Shown: positions 13,598 through 27,310 of the stretch, in pieces
How positions within the stretch are numbered: the first letter of the stretch is position 1
How the letters are laid out: the number at the start of each line of letters is the position of its first letter
Source: Euprymna scolopes
Lineage: Eukaryota
Strand: one strand, 5' to 3'
DNA length: 64,000 bases
Assembly (NCBI GenBank): GCA_053919585.1
Contig: CM132810.1
Position numbers and translations under genes: made by a program
The notes under the pieces: generated by a model
Told to the model about the DNA's origin: nothing
What the model saw: only the letters and a program-made list of their open reading frames with translations
Database searches by the model: none

Positions 13598-13793
13598 GGA
13601 GGCATGTGAAGCTTCCTTCCGATACACTCTGTGGGTGGTGGTGGTGGTGGGGTCCCTTAACTAGAGCAGATAATCAATCGCTTTGATTAAAAAATGGGCG
13701 ATTTCACCAATTTCGATGACAATAAAAGTATGGGGAAGTGAAACATTTGTTGATCCTCATTCAATCCCGGACAACAGCGGGTCTCCCTTCTAG
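13598..13793 (+). mobile_element. Non-autonomous Helitron 3' fragment
   Basis: Homologous to 43044-43204; hairpin cccggacaacagcggg followed by CTAG|T. Confidence 0.75.
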
Positions 13794-13865
13794 TACTATG
13801 TAACCATATGTATAGAGAATTTATTTAAATGGTGAGAATTAATCTGAACATTTTAACAAGGAATC

Positions 13866-13902
<37 letters not shown>

Positions 13903-13905
<3 letters not shown>

Positions 13906-14110
13906 GGTGACCCCCCATAAAACGGGCCCCAACTCTAATAAGGCCCCGTTTCTTAGTGTTTTGTCCGAATGAAATGAAACTTTGATCATAACTAGTTTAT
14001 TATATTCAAAACATCACATCAAAACAGTAGGGTCTTTGGCCTTTTTTATCCGTTCTACAGCATATGTTCTAGATGGCCTCCATTTAGATTTTGTTTTTTT
14101 TTTGGTCACC

Positions 14111-14113
<3 letters not shown>
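13903..14113 (-). mobile_element. Small Tc1/mariner deletion derivative in (TA)n
   Basis: TIR agggtgacc / ggtcaccctg; minus-strand GGHLEH, a typical transposase C-terminus. Confidence 0.6.
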
Positions 14114-14148
<35 letters not shown>

Positions 14149-14310
14149 TTATTACTAAGAAGAAAAAGTCTTAAAGAAGTCCAATTTATCAAATAATTTT
14201 ATTAAAAGAAAATGATTAATGGAGTATTTATTGTTAAAATAGCACTATTTATTACTAATTATTATTTTCTTATTTGTAAAAGGAAAGAAATAGAGTAGTG
14301 TCTTAAGGAA

Positions 14311-14513
14311 TTATAATGCAATGCAAAATCTGACCAGAAATGGTTTGTATCATTACTAGCCAACGGAAAATGCAATCTTCTGTTTCTGAAAAAAGAAGAA
14401 AATATAGAGATCTTACTTCCACCGACGTGTGAGTTTAAAAACATGATATCTGCCTTTTTCTTGGCTGGGCTTCAAAGCCGATGGATGTGTTTTTGATGTA
14501 GCTGCATCAGATT
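14311..14513 (-). CDS. Candidate last two coding exons (14513-14417 and 14329-14311) ending in a polybasic + CaaX motif (...KLTRRWKFCIAL*)
   Basis: Canonical ttttatcAG / GTaaga / ttctggtcAG splice sites, 87-bp intron, in-frame join, AATAAA ~60 nt downstream; no homology recognised. Confidence 0.3.
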
Positions 14514-15389
14514 CTGATAAAATTAACAAGAAAGTAAATCATATTTACTTGTAAATTATTCATCACGTATCTCTCACTGTTAGTTTACCTTGGCAATGCA
14601 TTTATACATTAATATAATTAAATATGTGTTTTTCATTCACTTCATGTATCATGTTTGGTGTGTTCCTCTTACGTCTTTGACAAGCTGATCATGTGAGAAT
14701 TTTTTCGTATTCTTCTTCTGATCACCATTATCCGCTATAACACAATGCATACAAAATGCTGACATCCAATTTAAAGAGAGACTCAAACAGGTAAACATTT
14801 AAAGCATTTTTACATCAATCTTTGGTGTGGAACTCAAACTAAATTTCACTTTCTTAGTTTTCAAACTAGGTTCAAATTATAGTATTTGTTTTGTCCTTGG
14901 TTGGAAAAGGGGAAACCTTTCTTGATTGAGNNNNNNNNNNNNNNNNNNNNNNNNNNNNNNNNNNNNNNNNNNNNNNNNNNNNNNNNNNNNNNNNNNNNNN
15001 NNNNNNNNNNNNNNNNNNNNNNNNNNNNNNNNNNNNNNNNNNNNNNNNNNNNNNNNNNNNNNNNNNNNNNNNNNNNNNNNNNNNNNNNNNNNNNNNNNNN
15101 NNNNNNNNNNNNNNNNNNNNNNNNNNNNNNNNNNNNNNNNNNNNNNNNNNNNNNNNNNNNNNNNNNNNNNNNNNNNNNNNNNNNNNNNNNTGTTATACAC
15201 ACTTTTAAAGGCTTCTATTGATTTTCCATACCCCAGGCAACGCCACGTAGCCATGCTTGTTTTAATATAAAGGATATAAAAGATACTTTGTTGAAAATTG
15301 AACAATTGTAAATTTTATATATATATAGATTTTACTTTTGGAAATCCTTTGAGATGAGGTTTCATAATTTGTGTATTGTATTTTTTGCT

Positions 15390-15653
15390 GACTGTTATTC
15401 TCATCTCCATAATTGTTGTTGTTTCATGACGTTTGGGCCAACTATTCCTCTGGTCTTCTTCAAGTGGTTAACCACGACAGGATAGGAATGCTGAGTCTTG
15501 TAACTGTATCCTTAGTAATTACTGCCTTCCATAGTTGTTGTTGTCACACCACGTTTTGGCCAACTAATCCTAGGATTGAAACCGTTATCTTCAAACAATA
15601 CTCAATTGGAACTGTAGAGACTCAACGCCTCTATCCACTGCGCCACGGCCCCC
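15390..15653 (-). mobile_element. tRNA-derived SINE-like head fused to a duplicated Penelope-like hammerhead tail
   Basis: A box TGGCGCAGTGG (15645-15635), B box ggtttcaatcc (15583-15573), then two copies of gga.tagttggcc.aaacgt...acaacaacaa.tatgga. Confidence 0.6.
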
Positions 15654-15998
15654 TGTTGTAACTTTTTCCCGTTGTAACAATGACATTTATTTCCTCATTC
15701 TCCTGTCACACGCGCTTTCTCGTACGGCTGTTTTGTCACCCATGTCTCTAATATGCTTTCGAATATCATCCATGTCCCTAACGCGATCGTCTTCTTTATC
15801 ATGCTCTTTCTTATTGTTATAGCCCTTTTCTTTACTGGTGACGTCATTTCGCATGCATTTGCATGTGCGCGTCCGTGATCTGTTAAAGTGAGAGAAAGAT
15901 GATAAGAAAGGGAGTTTATAAGAGAGAGAAAAATAGATAGCATATCAGAAAGGAAAGAATAAAGAGAGGGAGTGTACGAAAGAGGAAAAGAGACGCAA

Positions 15999-16061
<63 letters not shown>

Positions 16062-16089
16062 GAGAACGTTATAATGAGAGAGAGAGACG

Positions 16090-16129
<40 letters not shown>

Positions 16130-18292
16130 AGAAAGAGAGAAGAAAGAGAGAAGAAAAAAGAAAGAAGGTGGATACAACATAAACAGAGAGAAAAAGGAGG
16201 ATACGAGGGAGAAAGAGAGAAAAAGAGAATAAAAGAGAAAGAGAGTGAAAGGATATGAAAGAGTGAAAAGGGATATATGAGAAAGAGAGAATATAAAAAG
16301 AAAAAGATGCAGGACGAAATAGAGGATGAGAGACAGAGAAAGATAGGCAAGAGAAAAAGAATTAAAGAGAAAGAGATGGGGAAGGAAAAGTGANNNNNNN
16401 NNNNNNNNNNNNNNNNNNNNNNNNNNNNNNNNNNNNNNNNNNNNNNNNNNNNNNNNNNNNNNNNNNNNNNNNNNNNNNNNNNNNNNNNNNNNNNNNNNNN
16501 NNNNNNNNNNNNNNNNNNNNNNNNNNNNNNNNNNNNNNNNNNNNNNNNNNNNNTGGCAGAGATTGGATAAGAGCATGGAAAAAAGGCAGAACAAAAAAAA
16601 AAATCTGCTAAAACCAATGAGGGAGGTAGAATGATGAGGGGGAGAGGCATTTGAGAAGAGGGATGAGAAAAAGGTGTTCATTGGAAATCTGTCATATTGG
16701 AATTCTTTTGCACATCAGATGCAGTCATGGGCTTCAGATTAGGAATATCTGTCGGTGGCAACTTAGTGGAACATTTTCTGACAACGATCGCTACATTTAT
16801 TAAGGATTCAGCGATGATGTATGCAAGAGAGTGCCAATGGATGGCAACGGATATATATATATATGGCGTCGAGATAGAGAGATAGATAGATGAGACAGAT
16901 GAATGCCAGAGAGTTATATAGTGAAGACAATTCAAGAAAGGACTGCTTCTGGCGCTACAAGATCTGGGGAAGAAAGGGGGTGATGGCTCAGAGATGAAGA
17001 TTCCATGACAAGCTCAATGGCATAGAGAAAGAAAGAGATAGAGAAAGAAAGAGGCGCACACATACACGTAGCGATTCGGATACACATGGACTTCATAGAT
17101 GGCTAGTCAGCACCCTATATCACCCGATCCCCCATCCCCCATCTCTGTCGAATGATCCCTTCAGCTTCAGCTCACTGCATCTACGAATAAAACACTTTTC
17201 TCTATTCTATTTAACTTCTTTCTTGGGAGACGATCAGTTTGGTGGTCTCACCAACACCTCCTGTCCGCATGTTTCCATTCCGATACACTACGCACCCCAC
17301 ATTCTGCCCAACCCTTTTTTCCGCTTTACCTCCCACGTCCACTTATGAAGACCCTTCGCTACCAGCCTCCATGATCACAGCCTTCACAGATTTCTTTTTT
17401 CTTTCCGCTTAAAGATTTTCCCGCTTTTATCCTTCTCTTTTCTATCTCATATCTTCTCCCTATTTTTCTCGCATATCTTCTTTCTCTATTTCTTTCCTTT
17501 TATCTCTACTTCTTCTCGTTATGTCTTCGTCTCTACCCTCTTCTCTATCTCCCTTCTTCCTCTAATTCCCTCTCCCACATTTTGCTCTCTATCTCAAAAT
17601 GTTCATCTCATCGTCCTCTTTCTTATATCCTTTCACTCTTTTTCTCATATCGTTTCTTACTCTTTCTGCCATGATGGCCTTTCTCTCTTACATCCGCTCT
17701 CTCTCTCTCTTCCGTTTTCTAATCCATTTCTTTCTCACATTATTTAGCTCTTTCTCTCTCATATACCCTCTATTTCTCTCTTTTTTATGTCCTTTCTATT
17801 TCTTTCTCTTTCACCCCCCCCTTCTCTCGGCTATACACTAGTTCCCTTTTATTTCTCTTATCTATTTGTTTCATCACATTTTCATTTTCGACCTTTCCAA
17901 GAGGTTTTCTTTTCCAATCAGTTTCTTTTTACTTTTTTTTTATTGTTCAAGCAAACCTTCTTTTCATATTTACCCTCCTCTATTCATCCCTCCCCGTTTC
18001 TGGTGTTCATACGCACCCTCCTCCTTCTCCTCCTCCCAGTGCTTTTTTTTTTGTCCAAATCCCAAGTAAACAACACACTGCTAAATGAAATTCCTATCAA
18101 ATAGATACGCAATTTTCCAAATGATTCACACATATTTATTGTCCTTTTTACGATGGCAAACTTTCACATCGACATTTTATTAGCACGGATTTTTATTTGT
18201 TGCTTTTCTCTTGTTCAAATTTCTTTTACCAATCTCAAACATAAGTGACATTGCGTGAAGTAAAGTTGATATTCGACTAGCTACAAAATAAC

Positions 18293-18470
18293 GTGGCGAT
18301 GCTGCAATGGTTTTCTGGTTTCGATTTTGGGCTCAGTGGTGTGCATGTTCAAGTCCTGTCCGGACTATTGACTCAGTTCACTAATACCCCTGCAAATGGT
18401 ATGAACCCATTTGTTCATCTACTAGTAGAGTGAATTGAGTAAACCAGTCTATAAGGAAAAAAACTCCGAA
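18293..18470 (+). mobile_element. tRNA-derived SINE (octopod-type)
   Basis: A box-like tgctgcaatgg, B box gttcaagtcc, body cactaatacccctgcaaatggtatgaaccc...aaactccgaa. Confidence 0.6.
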
Positions 18471-18639
18471 ATAACACAAGTCCATTTCTGCCTTTTTTTA
18501 CTAAAATGTAATCATCTTCTTGAGGATAAGAGTTAAAGGAGTGCCATATGGACGATGAAGCAACACCATAATAATTGGTAGAGATGGTGGTGATTGGGCA
18601 GAATTTGATTATTTAAGAATGCTGCACAACACGAATTTG

Positions 18640-18960
18640 TTTACATTGGACTTAAAAACAACCATGTTGTAGTCAGCTGGGAAACAACCCCATGACACTG
18701 TGTTTTATAGAAGAGCAGTTCTTGGAAAGAAACCTTGATCAGGAAAGGTTTGTTTAATTTTAGGTAGAGAGACAAAAAGGGAAACTATTGACAGTGGTTG
18801 TAGCTAGATGAGTTTCTGTTGTAAATGTTTTACGGGGGAGCGGCACAGAGCACCTGTCATGAAAATAACGATAGAGTAGAGAAAAAACATTTCTTCTGTG
18901 AGGAAGTGAGGGGGGGGAGAAAAGAACATCGCTTCTGATTTTTTTGTATTTTTCCTTAAC
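18640..18960 (-). mobile_element. CR1-like LINE 3' fragment
   Basis: SLPHRRNVFSLLYRYFHDRCS; same family as 56160-56979. Confidence 0.75.
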
Positions 18961-19405
18961 ACTAGAATTAAGAAATGACAACCTAGAAACAGCGAGGTTA
19001 GAGATTGCGCCACTCTTGTTTAACAGTAATCTATATTTATTCAGGTGCTATTTTAATGGATGTCCATTGTCTCTCATGACTTGATAAGACCAACAACATA
19101 AATACTAAAAAAGACATGAAAATAAATGGATAAGTATTTATAACGGTAGTATTGCCGTGCCAACAAGTGTATGACTCTTGGCGAGGGGTGAAAGAAAGCT
19201 CTTTCTAGACTAAGGATTTTTTTTTTTTTCTCGTAATCTACATTAAAAATCGACATTGTATCTAATATTGCCCTCGTGTGGAAGTAAGTAAATAAGGTTT
19301 GTGGGGAGTTTTCTTGTAAAACTGGCTCGTATTGTGCTGTGAACAGAAACAACATTTTGTCTCTCTGAGAGTTGGTTCGTTGGATAGTGACATAGTTGTA
19401 AAGGT

Positions 19406-19949
19406 ATACAGGAGGCACGTAAAAACCCTGGAGACGTACCACCAAAGATGCCTCCGAAAAATCCTCAGAATCAGTTGGAAGGACCGACGCAATAACACCA
19501 GCATCCTGAGTGAGGCTGACATTCCTACTATCACTGCTACTGTTGCTCAACGCCAGCTCAGATGGACTGGTCATGTTTTCCGAATGCCGGATCTCCGCCT
19601 CCCAAAACAGATTTTCTACTCTCAGCTTGTTGAAACGGTTTCACATGGACCTTGAGACATGGGAGGACGTGGCTGGGAGCAGGTTGGCATGGAGGAGCGC
19701 TGTCCACGAAGGTGCTGCGCTTTATAGCAGTGACCTAAATCAAGCTGCTAAGGATAAATGCAAGCACAGAAAGGACAGATTATCAACCAGACACACCCAA
19801 CCCCATCCCACCACCACTACCTTTATCTGCCCAAATTGCACAAGAAAAATTGGGTCTAGGATTGGGCTCTATGCTCACCTGAGGACCCACAGAAGCCACA
19901 ACGGAGGACAGTCTTACTCGGACACGAGTGACCGCCGATGATGATGATG
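19406..19949 (+). mobile_element. 5'-truncated RTE-clade LINE with (GAT)n tail and 12-bp TSD
   Basis: YRRHVKTLETYHQRCLRKILRISW...QLRWTGHVFRMPDLRLPKQIFY; zinc finger CPNCTRKIGSRIGLYAHLRTH; TSD agttgtaaaggt at 19394-19405 and 19950-19961. Confidence 0.92.
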
Positions 19950-22900
19950 AGTTGTAAAGGTTGTCTTAGTAATGATGTAGAAGCCAAAGCTTCTGTATCT
20001 TCCTCTTTCCTTATTGTTGTAATAATGCAAAGAATATCACTCTTTTTTTTGCCACATTTCATTCTGAACTTCCTATCTGTGACGTCATATCCAAATAGCT
20101 ATAATCCTAATTTTTAATTTCTAATTGGATGATGCTTAAAACGATTCCTTGAATTATCTTTTTTATATTTCTTTTTGGTTAAATCAAAATCTTCTATTTC
20201 TGGTATTAATGATAAAATAATAAATATTTATTAATTTTAAACTACCAGTAAAGCTAAAATCTATAGATCCCTCACAAGTGTATTTTTACGCTTGAGAAAA
20301 TATATGTATGTTTAACATATTTTTTTAGGGGAAAAAATAAAAACTTTATAGTTAAATATTTAGAGATTTATAAAAAAAACAATCAGAATCGGTAAATGTA
20401 TCGGAATCAGGAATTTAGTATGGAATTGATAATTGCATCAGAATCGGGAAAATATTGGAATCGTCCCATCACTAGTTACAATATTAACATTTTAATGGAC
20501 AAATGGTACACATTTGCAATAAAAATGTACACGTGGGTGGCTGTACTATTGGGTCATTGTGTATACAACTTAACTTCAAGAACACGGTTTGTATTATACT
20601 GTAGTTTTACTAGAAAAAAAAAAAAATCAATGTTGATTCTGGATAAAAGTCGGTTTAAGTATTTAATTTTACTAGTATCATATAGTTTATAATATGTGAA
20701 TTTGGTTAGTCGTTTAACACTCGTATTACATACTGGCATGTGTTGGAAAGCTTCTAGAAATTGATTTCCAAGCCAATTTATCTGCGGCCATCTCTTTATT
20801 TATCCTTTTTAATCCCAAGCCCACCCTTATCGCTTCTCATGTTTTCTTTTGGCTCTCCTAGCTACTGCAGACTTTCTGCTATTACTAACCCTAGAATTCC
20901 CATCTATTCTTCCAATGTGGCCATACCATCGAAGTCTCCTGCTCTAAACACACCTCTCTTAACTGTTCAAATTTAATCTTCCATTGGGATTATCAGATCT
21001 AAGCCTGTTGCTAAGATTAACATTACACATTCATTGTATCATTTGCATATTATTTCTCTCCATGCAAAACATATCCTCAACCCTCACTGACTAGGTTTTA
21101 CTTCCAAACATCATAACATTGTGTACAAATGCCTAAAAGACTTTTCGAGAGTAGGAATACTCTGCTGGTTAAGAATGGTGGAAGTTCCCAGAACTTAATC
21201 AAAATTAAATAAAATGATTTCGGGCAGTTATGCTGATCGCTAATAAAAATAATTATAATTATAAATATTTTGGATGTTTTACCCAATTTTTCGATTTTTT
21301 AGAAGAGGACTTTAATTTTCATATAACTTAGTATTTCTGCAAATTTGAATCCGGCCTGGATCCACCTTTGTATTTATTTATTTGCTTGCCATGATAGAGT
21401 ATGTGTCTAGGAGCGGGGCATCTTTCTTTTTCCATTCACCCAAATCACGCAGAAATCTTTCCTAGTCTGCTGTTCTTTATCGATCGTTTTAAAGTGCATA
21501 AAATTGTTACGACCAATTTGACCCTCAAATAAGATAAAAAAAATATCCAATTAAATATTTCTTGAAGAGTTCCATTTTATATGCCGTCATTTTTAATCTT
21601 TTACTCCACCCCCACGTTTCTGTGCTTGTTATTTTGTTTGTATGGTTGGTGAGGTTGTGATTGTATTTGTCAAGAATAAAAACAAAAAGGAATTCTAATA
21701 GAGCTGTTCATTCTCATAATTTATAGTGATCTGAAATAAGAAAAAGAAAAGAAAAAACTGAAACGATAATTAAATTTTCGTTGTGATGTGGAAATAAATG
21801 CAGAACATTTTTCACTTGGTATGAAACAAACTCGTCATCCAAACATCAAGTAGTTTTTAATTGAAATTTTATTCTATTTATTAAACATAAAATAAAGACA
21901 CGGGAGAGCGATATCGCTCATGAAGACAATTCAACTTCAAATCGTTTCGTACAAATATAAATAACGATTTATAATTGTCTAAAAATTGAGGCACTTGTAC
22001 AGTATAATGGATTTAAAATGAATACATTTTAGGTAAAAACATAATTACGCATTTACGTATCATGTCGAAATTAGTAAAAATTCCAAAAATTTCGAAAAAT
22101 GATCGAGTAAAAAATATAATTACAAGCAAAAATACAATTTACAAAGTTTTATCGCATTATTTGTAAATGTTGTAAATGTGTTTTGGAATCCAGGGAAAGT
22201 TACTGCAGTCTATGATTTTGACAAAATAATTGTAATCCCTCATTTCTAAATAGAAAATTGTGGACCACTAACATGTATTTTTTCTTTTTGTAAAAATAGT
22301 TCTAGCAGATATTCTACAGGATCATTTTTCGTTATTTTTGGAATGTTTACTAATTTCGACATAACACGCAAGTAAGTATGTAATAGTGTTTTTAATAAAA
22401 ATGCATTTATTTGAAATCCTATTATACTGCATAAGCAACAAAATTGAAGAATTCTTTTTCAAAGGAAATAATTTCTTAGGAAACAAAAAAGAACGGAAGT
22501 CATTCAAATTAGTAATTATTTTTTGAAAAAGTAACATTTTAACCACCTTCACCGCCACCACCTCACCTACATGCATGCTCTCATGTGTTGGATGGAATTA
22601 GAAATTGAATTGACTTCCAAACTAACCTATCTTTGGCTATCTCTGGATGTAATGTCACGTGGGACCAAAATGACGAAGAACGGTTAGATTTTGAATCAGT
22701 ATCAGTTTTGGATTTGATGCAGCCATCACTGAGAACAATGCTTGAAAGAAAGATAACTGTTGACGTGGCAATAGGTGCTGATATCTGTCTCTTAGTCTAT
22801 CTATCTATTTGACTATGAAATAGTTACCTTAGGTTAGGATTTCTATCCCTCATACTTTGTTGTGAATTGTACTTGGGATTGCTTGAACACATTTTTCTTA

Positions 22901-23319
22901 ATAAACCTTTATCACTAAAACCATGTCTCAGTTGTTCAGATTTTGACTAGAAGAAGATTTGAAGAAACGATGAAGCGATGACACCAGGAGTAATGTTAAT
23001 AAAAGAGTAACACCACTCTCCTCAAATCGCCCAACTTGTAACCTTTCTATCCGATGTAGTTTTATGTTCTTATCTACAAAGAATGGCTTCAACACTTAAG
23101 TCTCTTCTCACTTGAGCAGCAGAGGACGTGAAAGGACCTCATTCTCTTCTCAATCGAAGAAATGTACCGAAGTTCCTGCTCCCTGGAAGAGTCTGCCAGA
23201 GGAGGTCGTGATTATGTCCACCCTATCCAGGTTTAAAGTGCCCTGAGACAAATATTCAGACTGTATATAAATGTGACATTTTCTACATACGGTTTAATCA
23301 CAATAGTAACAAAAGGTTA

Positions 23320-23758
23320 GGCAATCCGGCATATTCCTTGAGGCAAGATTGGCAAAATACTCTCGAACCCTATATCACATAAAAGGAACTAAATTGCCCT
23401 AATCAGCGTTATGTTACTATGCAGCTAGACTTTTTTTTAAAATTTAAAACAATATAATCACACATTTAGTAATTAATCATTAATAATTTAATTATAATTT
23501 ATTATTTTTATATAATTTATTATTCAAGAATTATACTTTTAAAAACAAATAATTTATTATTCAGGAATTATACTTTTAAAAACAAAATATTTTATGAATT
23601 GTTCTGTTCACAGATCCACATTCTGTTTACAGATCCACATAAGAATAAAAAAAATATGGAGCCTTTTAATGGTGTTTAGGGAAATTTGGTTCCTTTTATG
23701 TGATATAGGGTTCGAGAGTATTTTGTTAATCTTGCCTCGAGGAATATGCCGAATTGCC
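23320..23758. mobile_element. Merlin-type MITE
   Basis: ~83-bp TIRs beginning GGCAAT; perfect 8-bp TSD aaaggtta (23312-23319 / 23759-23766); AT-rich core. Confidence 0.85.
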
Positions 23759-23907
23759 AAAGGTTACACACCTCTACATTTCTCAAAGTTCCCAAATTTA
23801 CCATCTGATGCAGTATCATGCCATACCTAGGACAGGTTTTTTTTATAGAAATTGCTCCAGACAAGACGTGAAGTCACTTGATATAAGGAATTAACTAAAG
23901 ATGATCA

Positions 23908-24195
23908 TCACAAAGATAGAGGATGTCTTTCAGCTTTAGTCTTGAAACGATCAAGGCAGGAGGTAAAATAGTCAACAGGAAGAGAGTTCCACAAACTTGC
24001 AGATCTTGGAAAGAATTTACTAGAATAGGAAGCCGTATTATAATGAGCTAACAAAACAGTGAAATGATAAAGACTACTAGACCAAGAAGTCAAACGAGCT
24101 GGAACAAAGAAAGCAGGAAATAGATAAGACAATTCTGAAGAACACATACCATCATAATACTATTTATAGAAAAGACCGAGACTAGCAATACCACA
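23908..24195 (-). mobile_element. CR1-like LINE 3' fragment
   Basis: CSSELSYLFP...FFPRSASLWNSLPVDYF...FK. Confidence 0.75.
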
Positions 24196-24260
<65 letters not shown>

Positions 24261-24469
24261 AGCTTGCAAAGAAGAAAGAAAGATAGGGGTGTGGAATTAA
24301 ATTACACATGCGTTTCAAAATCCTCAAATGAGACAGAGATTCATCAGGCAAATATAACAACAATACTTCCTACATCTGATAGTAGATTTGTAGAGATAGA
24401 GAATAATAGCCTTGGGTGTGAGATTTCATTTATTTGCTGGATAAAACTGTGACAGGTATTACTAAATCA

Positions 24470-24725
24470 TATTAACGTAGACCTGATAATAAAGGCAATA
24501 AAAGGGAATGCCACATTTCCCAAAAGTTCCTACATTAGATTTTTAATTTCATCTCAAACCAAAGACAGGTGCTATTGAACCTATAGATGGAAACATAAAG
24601 ACAGTTATTATAATTCTGACTCAAAGTAGACCCGAGAATGTTACCAAAAAATGGATGGACTCACACCTTCGAAAATTCCCAAATCGGGATTTTACAATAG
24701 GATTCAATTTAATGTCATACCTTGG
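24470..24725 (+). mobile_element. Degenerate octopod-type interspersed repeat (SINE-like)
   Basis: ttgaacctatagatgg...gtagacccgag...tttaatgtcatacc resembles an abundant Octopus repeat (recalled, not searched); a companion motif ggcatatcaa...tatttaatgccgaatcc lies at ~29960-30002. Confidence 0.45.
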
Positions 24726-26507
24726 GGTTTGGGGTTAAGTTGATATACCTATTTCAGGGTTAATGGATTTATGCAGGGACTAACACTTATTGAGTAGCGA
24801 TTTGTGGCAGTTATGCCTCCAGAATCATGATGTGTACTTCTGTAATCGACTTTTGTTAATACACTTTTTGTTAACTATAACACTGTGACTGTCATGATTA
24901 TTACCGACCTGCAAGGTTTACAATACTCGGTCAATGGATGTATTGAAGAGGCGGTGTTGGAATTTTATTTTATCATTGAAGAATATCCTTCCATCAGTTA
25001 AAGCAATTACTCAACTAAACTCACATGNNNNNNNNNNNNNNNNNNNNNNNNNNNNNNNNNNNNNNNNNNNNNNNNNNNNNNNNNNNNNNNNNNNNNNNNN
25101 NNNNNNNNNNNNNNNNNNNNNNNNNNNNNNNNNNNNNNNNNNNNNNNNNNNNNNNNNNNNNNNNNNNNNNNNNNNNNNNNNNNNNNNNNNNNACTAATTG
25201 ATGTAACAAATGTTCTAAAATGAAGAAAACTTTTTATGGATTAACAAATCCACAGTTGGATTAAAAAATAATCTAAAGTTGAAAGACAAACAAAACTTTT
25301 GATTGATGACTTTGGAGCGAGGAACCAAAGAGAATTAGTATGACAGCTAAGGGAAATTACTTATCTTAAACTTAATCCAACAATTATTAAACAATAAATT
25401 CTATTTTCGAATGGAAACTGCTTAAATATAAAATACAGTCAGCTTAGTTATTCAAATAAACAAATAAAAAAAACCAAAAAACTAGAAGAAACCATGGATT
25501 CAAACTCATCAACAATTCCTATGAGTCGTGTATGTGTATATATATCAATATACAAACGTAAAGATTTCACCTTAAAAAAGGTTGTTTCNNNNNNNNNNNN
25601 NNNNNNNNNNNNNNNNNNNNNNNNNNNNNNNNNNNNNNNNNNNNNNNNNNNNNNNNNNNNNNNNNNNNNNNNNNNNNNNNNNNNNNNNNNNNNNNNNNNN
25701 NNNNNNNNNNNNNNNNNNNNNNNNNNNNNNNNNNNNNNNNNNNNNNNNNNNNGCTCTGGGGAACAAGGGACGGAGGGAATTCCAAGAAAAGAAGCTATCA
25801 GTATAAAACATTTTTCGACATCTAGGGACCTCTACAGAGAAGCGGTGCAATTTTGCTGCTAGTCGAGTTGGTCAGGTGTATTTACGTTGAGAGGTACAAG
25901 TGCAGTAATTTCAAGAAAGTACTTGCAAAATAAGCACAGGGATGCAACCCTGTGATGATGAGACTAAAAAAGAGTTTAGCAGTCCAAAGAATAAAGCCAA
26001 TGCCCACTTGTAAATCAACATTAAAAGGCGTGGGAATAGGTAGGGAAGGTGAATTTTAGTCTGAAACGCACGTGACAAGAACTTTAAATTTATATTCTTT
26101 TCTATATTTGATATACGCAGGTTGAATGAATAGTTTTAAAGGTTTTCTAAATTGAACAAAACACTACTAAGTCAGACAATTTTCACAGTGTGGTAACGAT
26201 GTGGAGAGACATAGAAATAAACGACCACGGTTAGCATGTGCTCGCTGCAAGGAAACTGACATGCAAAACTAGAACTCTAGATGCAAGACAAAGGCGATTA
26301 TGCAAATTTAGACATTGTTGGGAGTCGAAATATCTGGAGAAAGGATAGACTTTTTGCTTGACAGATGTTTTGGTTTTTGGACGCCATGTCGTTCGCATGT
26401 GCTTTTGTTTTGTTAGGGGAAGAAAAAAGAAAAGAAAAAATAACTGCTGCTTATGTGAAAAGCGAATATATTAATTGTGGGAGAAAAAGAGCAAAATAAT
26501 CCAGCTC

Positions 26508-26508
<1 letters not shown>

Positions 26509-26573
<65 letters not shown>
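26509..26573. repeat. (GT)n microsatellite
   Basis: Direct reading. Confidence 0.98.
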
Positions 26574-26575
<2 letters not shown>

Positions 26576-27310
26576 AACTCGTAGTAATTTACGTGACTAA
26601 AATAAGAATTAATTGCCTAAATACATCTTTCTGTCAATTAAGTAAATTATAAAAATATCTGGAAATTACTTGTGTATAAAGTCGCCAACATTTCTTGACC
26701 AACCACAAGGAATATTTTGAAGAATATGCATAATAACAAACGGACATTTTTTTCAACAAAAAGCTCCCACTCACAGCCACATGACTTCACACATAAATAA
26801 AAAAAACCTGCCAACCACACCCTAAGAAAATATCAATGATTAGTTAAAGATAAAAAACAACAAAAGTGACAAAGGTATGTTTATCTCTACAAAACGTTGA
26901 CAATGTTTTGTTTTGGTTCATGAAGTTTTCATAAAGTTTAAATAAACTTTCACACAGTTTCATTAAATTGCTGAGGTCAGCAAATAATTTGGAAGTTCTG
27001 TTATATGAAAATGAAGATTTTATTGCTAACGTATCAATTCATATATTGATTTTCAAGACAATATTCTGAAGACACGTGTCTTTGCAATTTATATTCCGAA
27101 GAGTTGTAATCATCTCACACCAATATTCTTAAAGAAATTCCTTTTTCCCACTCTTACCCAATTTCATATAAATAATTGGTTTTTACATTCAAGAAAATGG
27201 GTATTTCAATTATTTTATAATATTAGAACAATATCTCCTTTCCCCAAGGTCTTTTTCACCAGAGATGCTAAAAAATATAGCTCTTCAACCTTAGCATCAA
27301 AATCAGGGAA

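Noticed and set aside
15695-16681. 328-aa and overlapping ORFs
   Set aside because: Artefacts of (GA)n/(TA)n low complexity and N gaps
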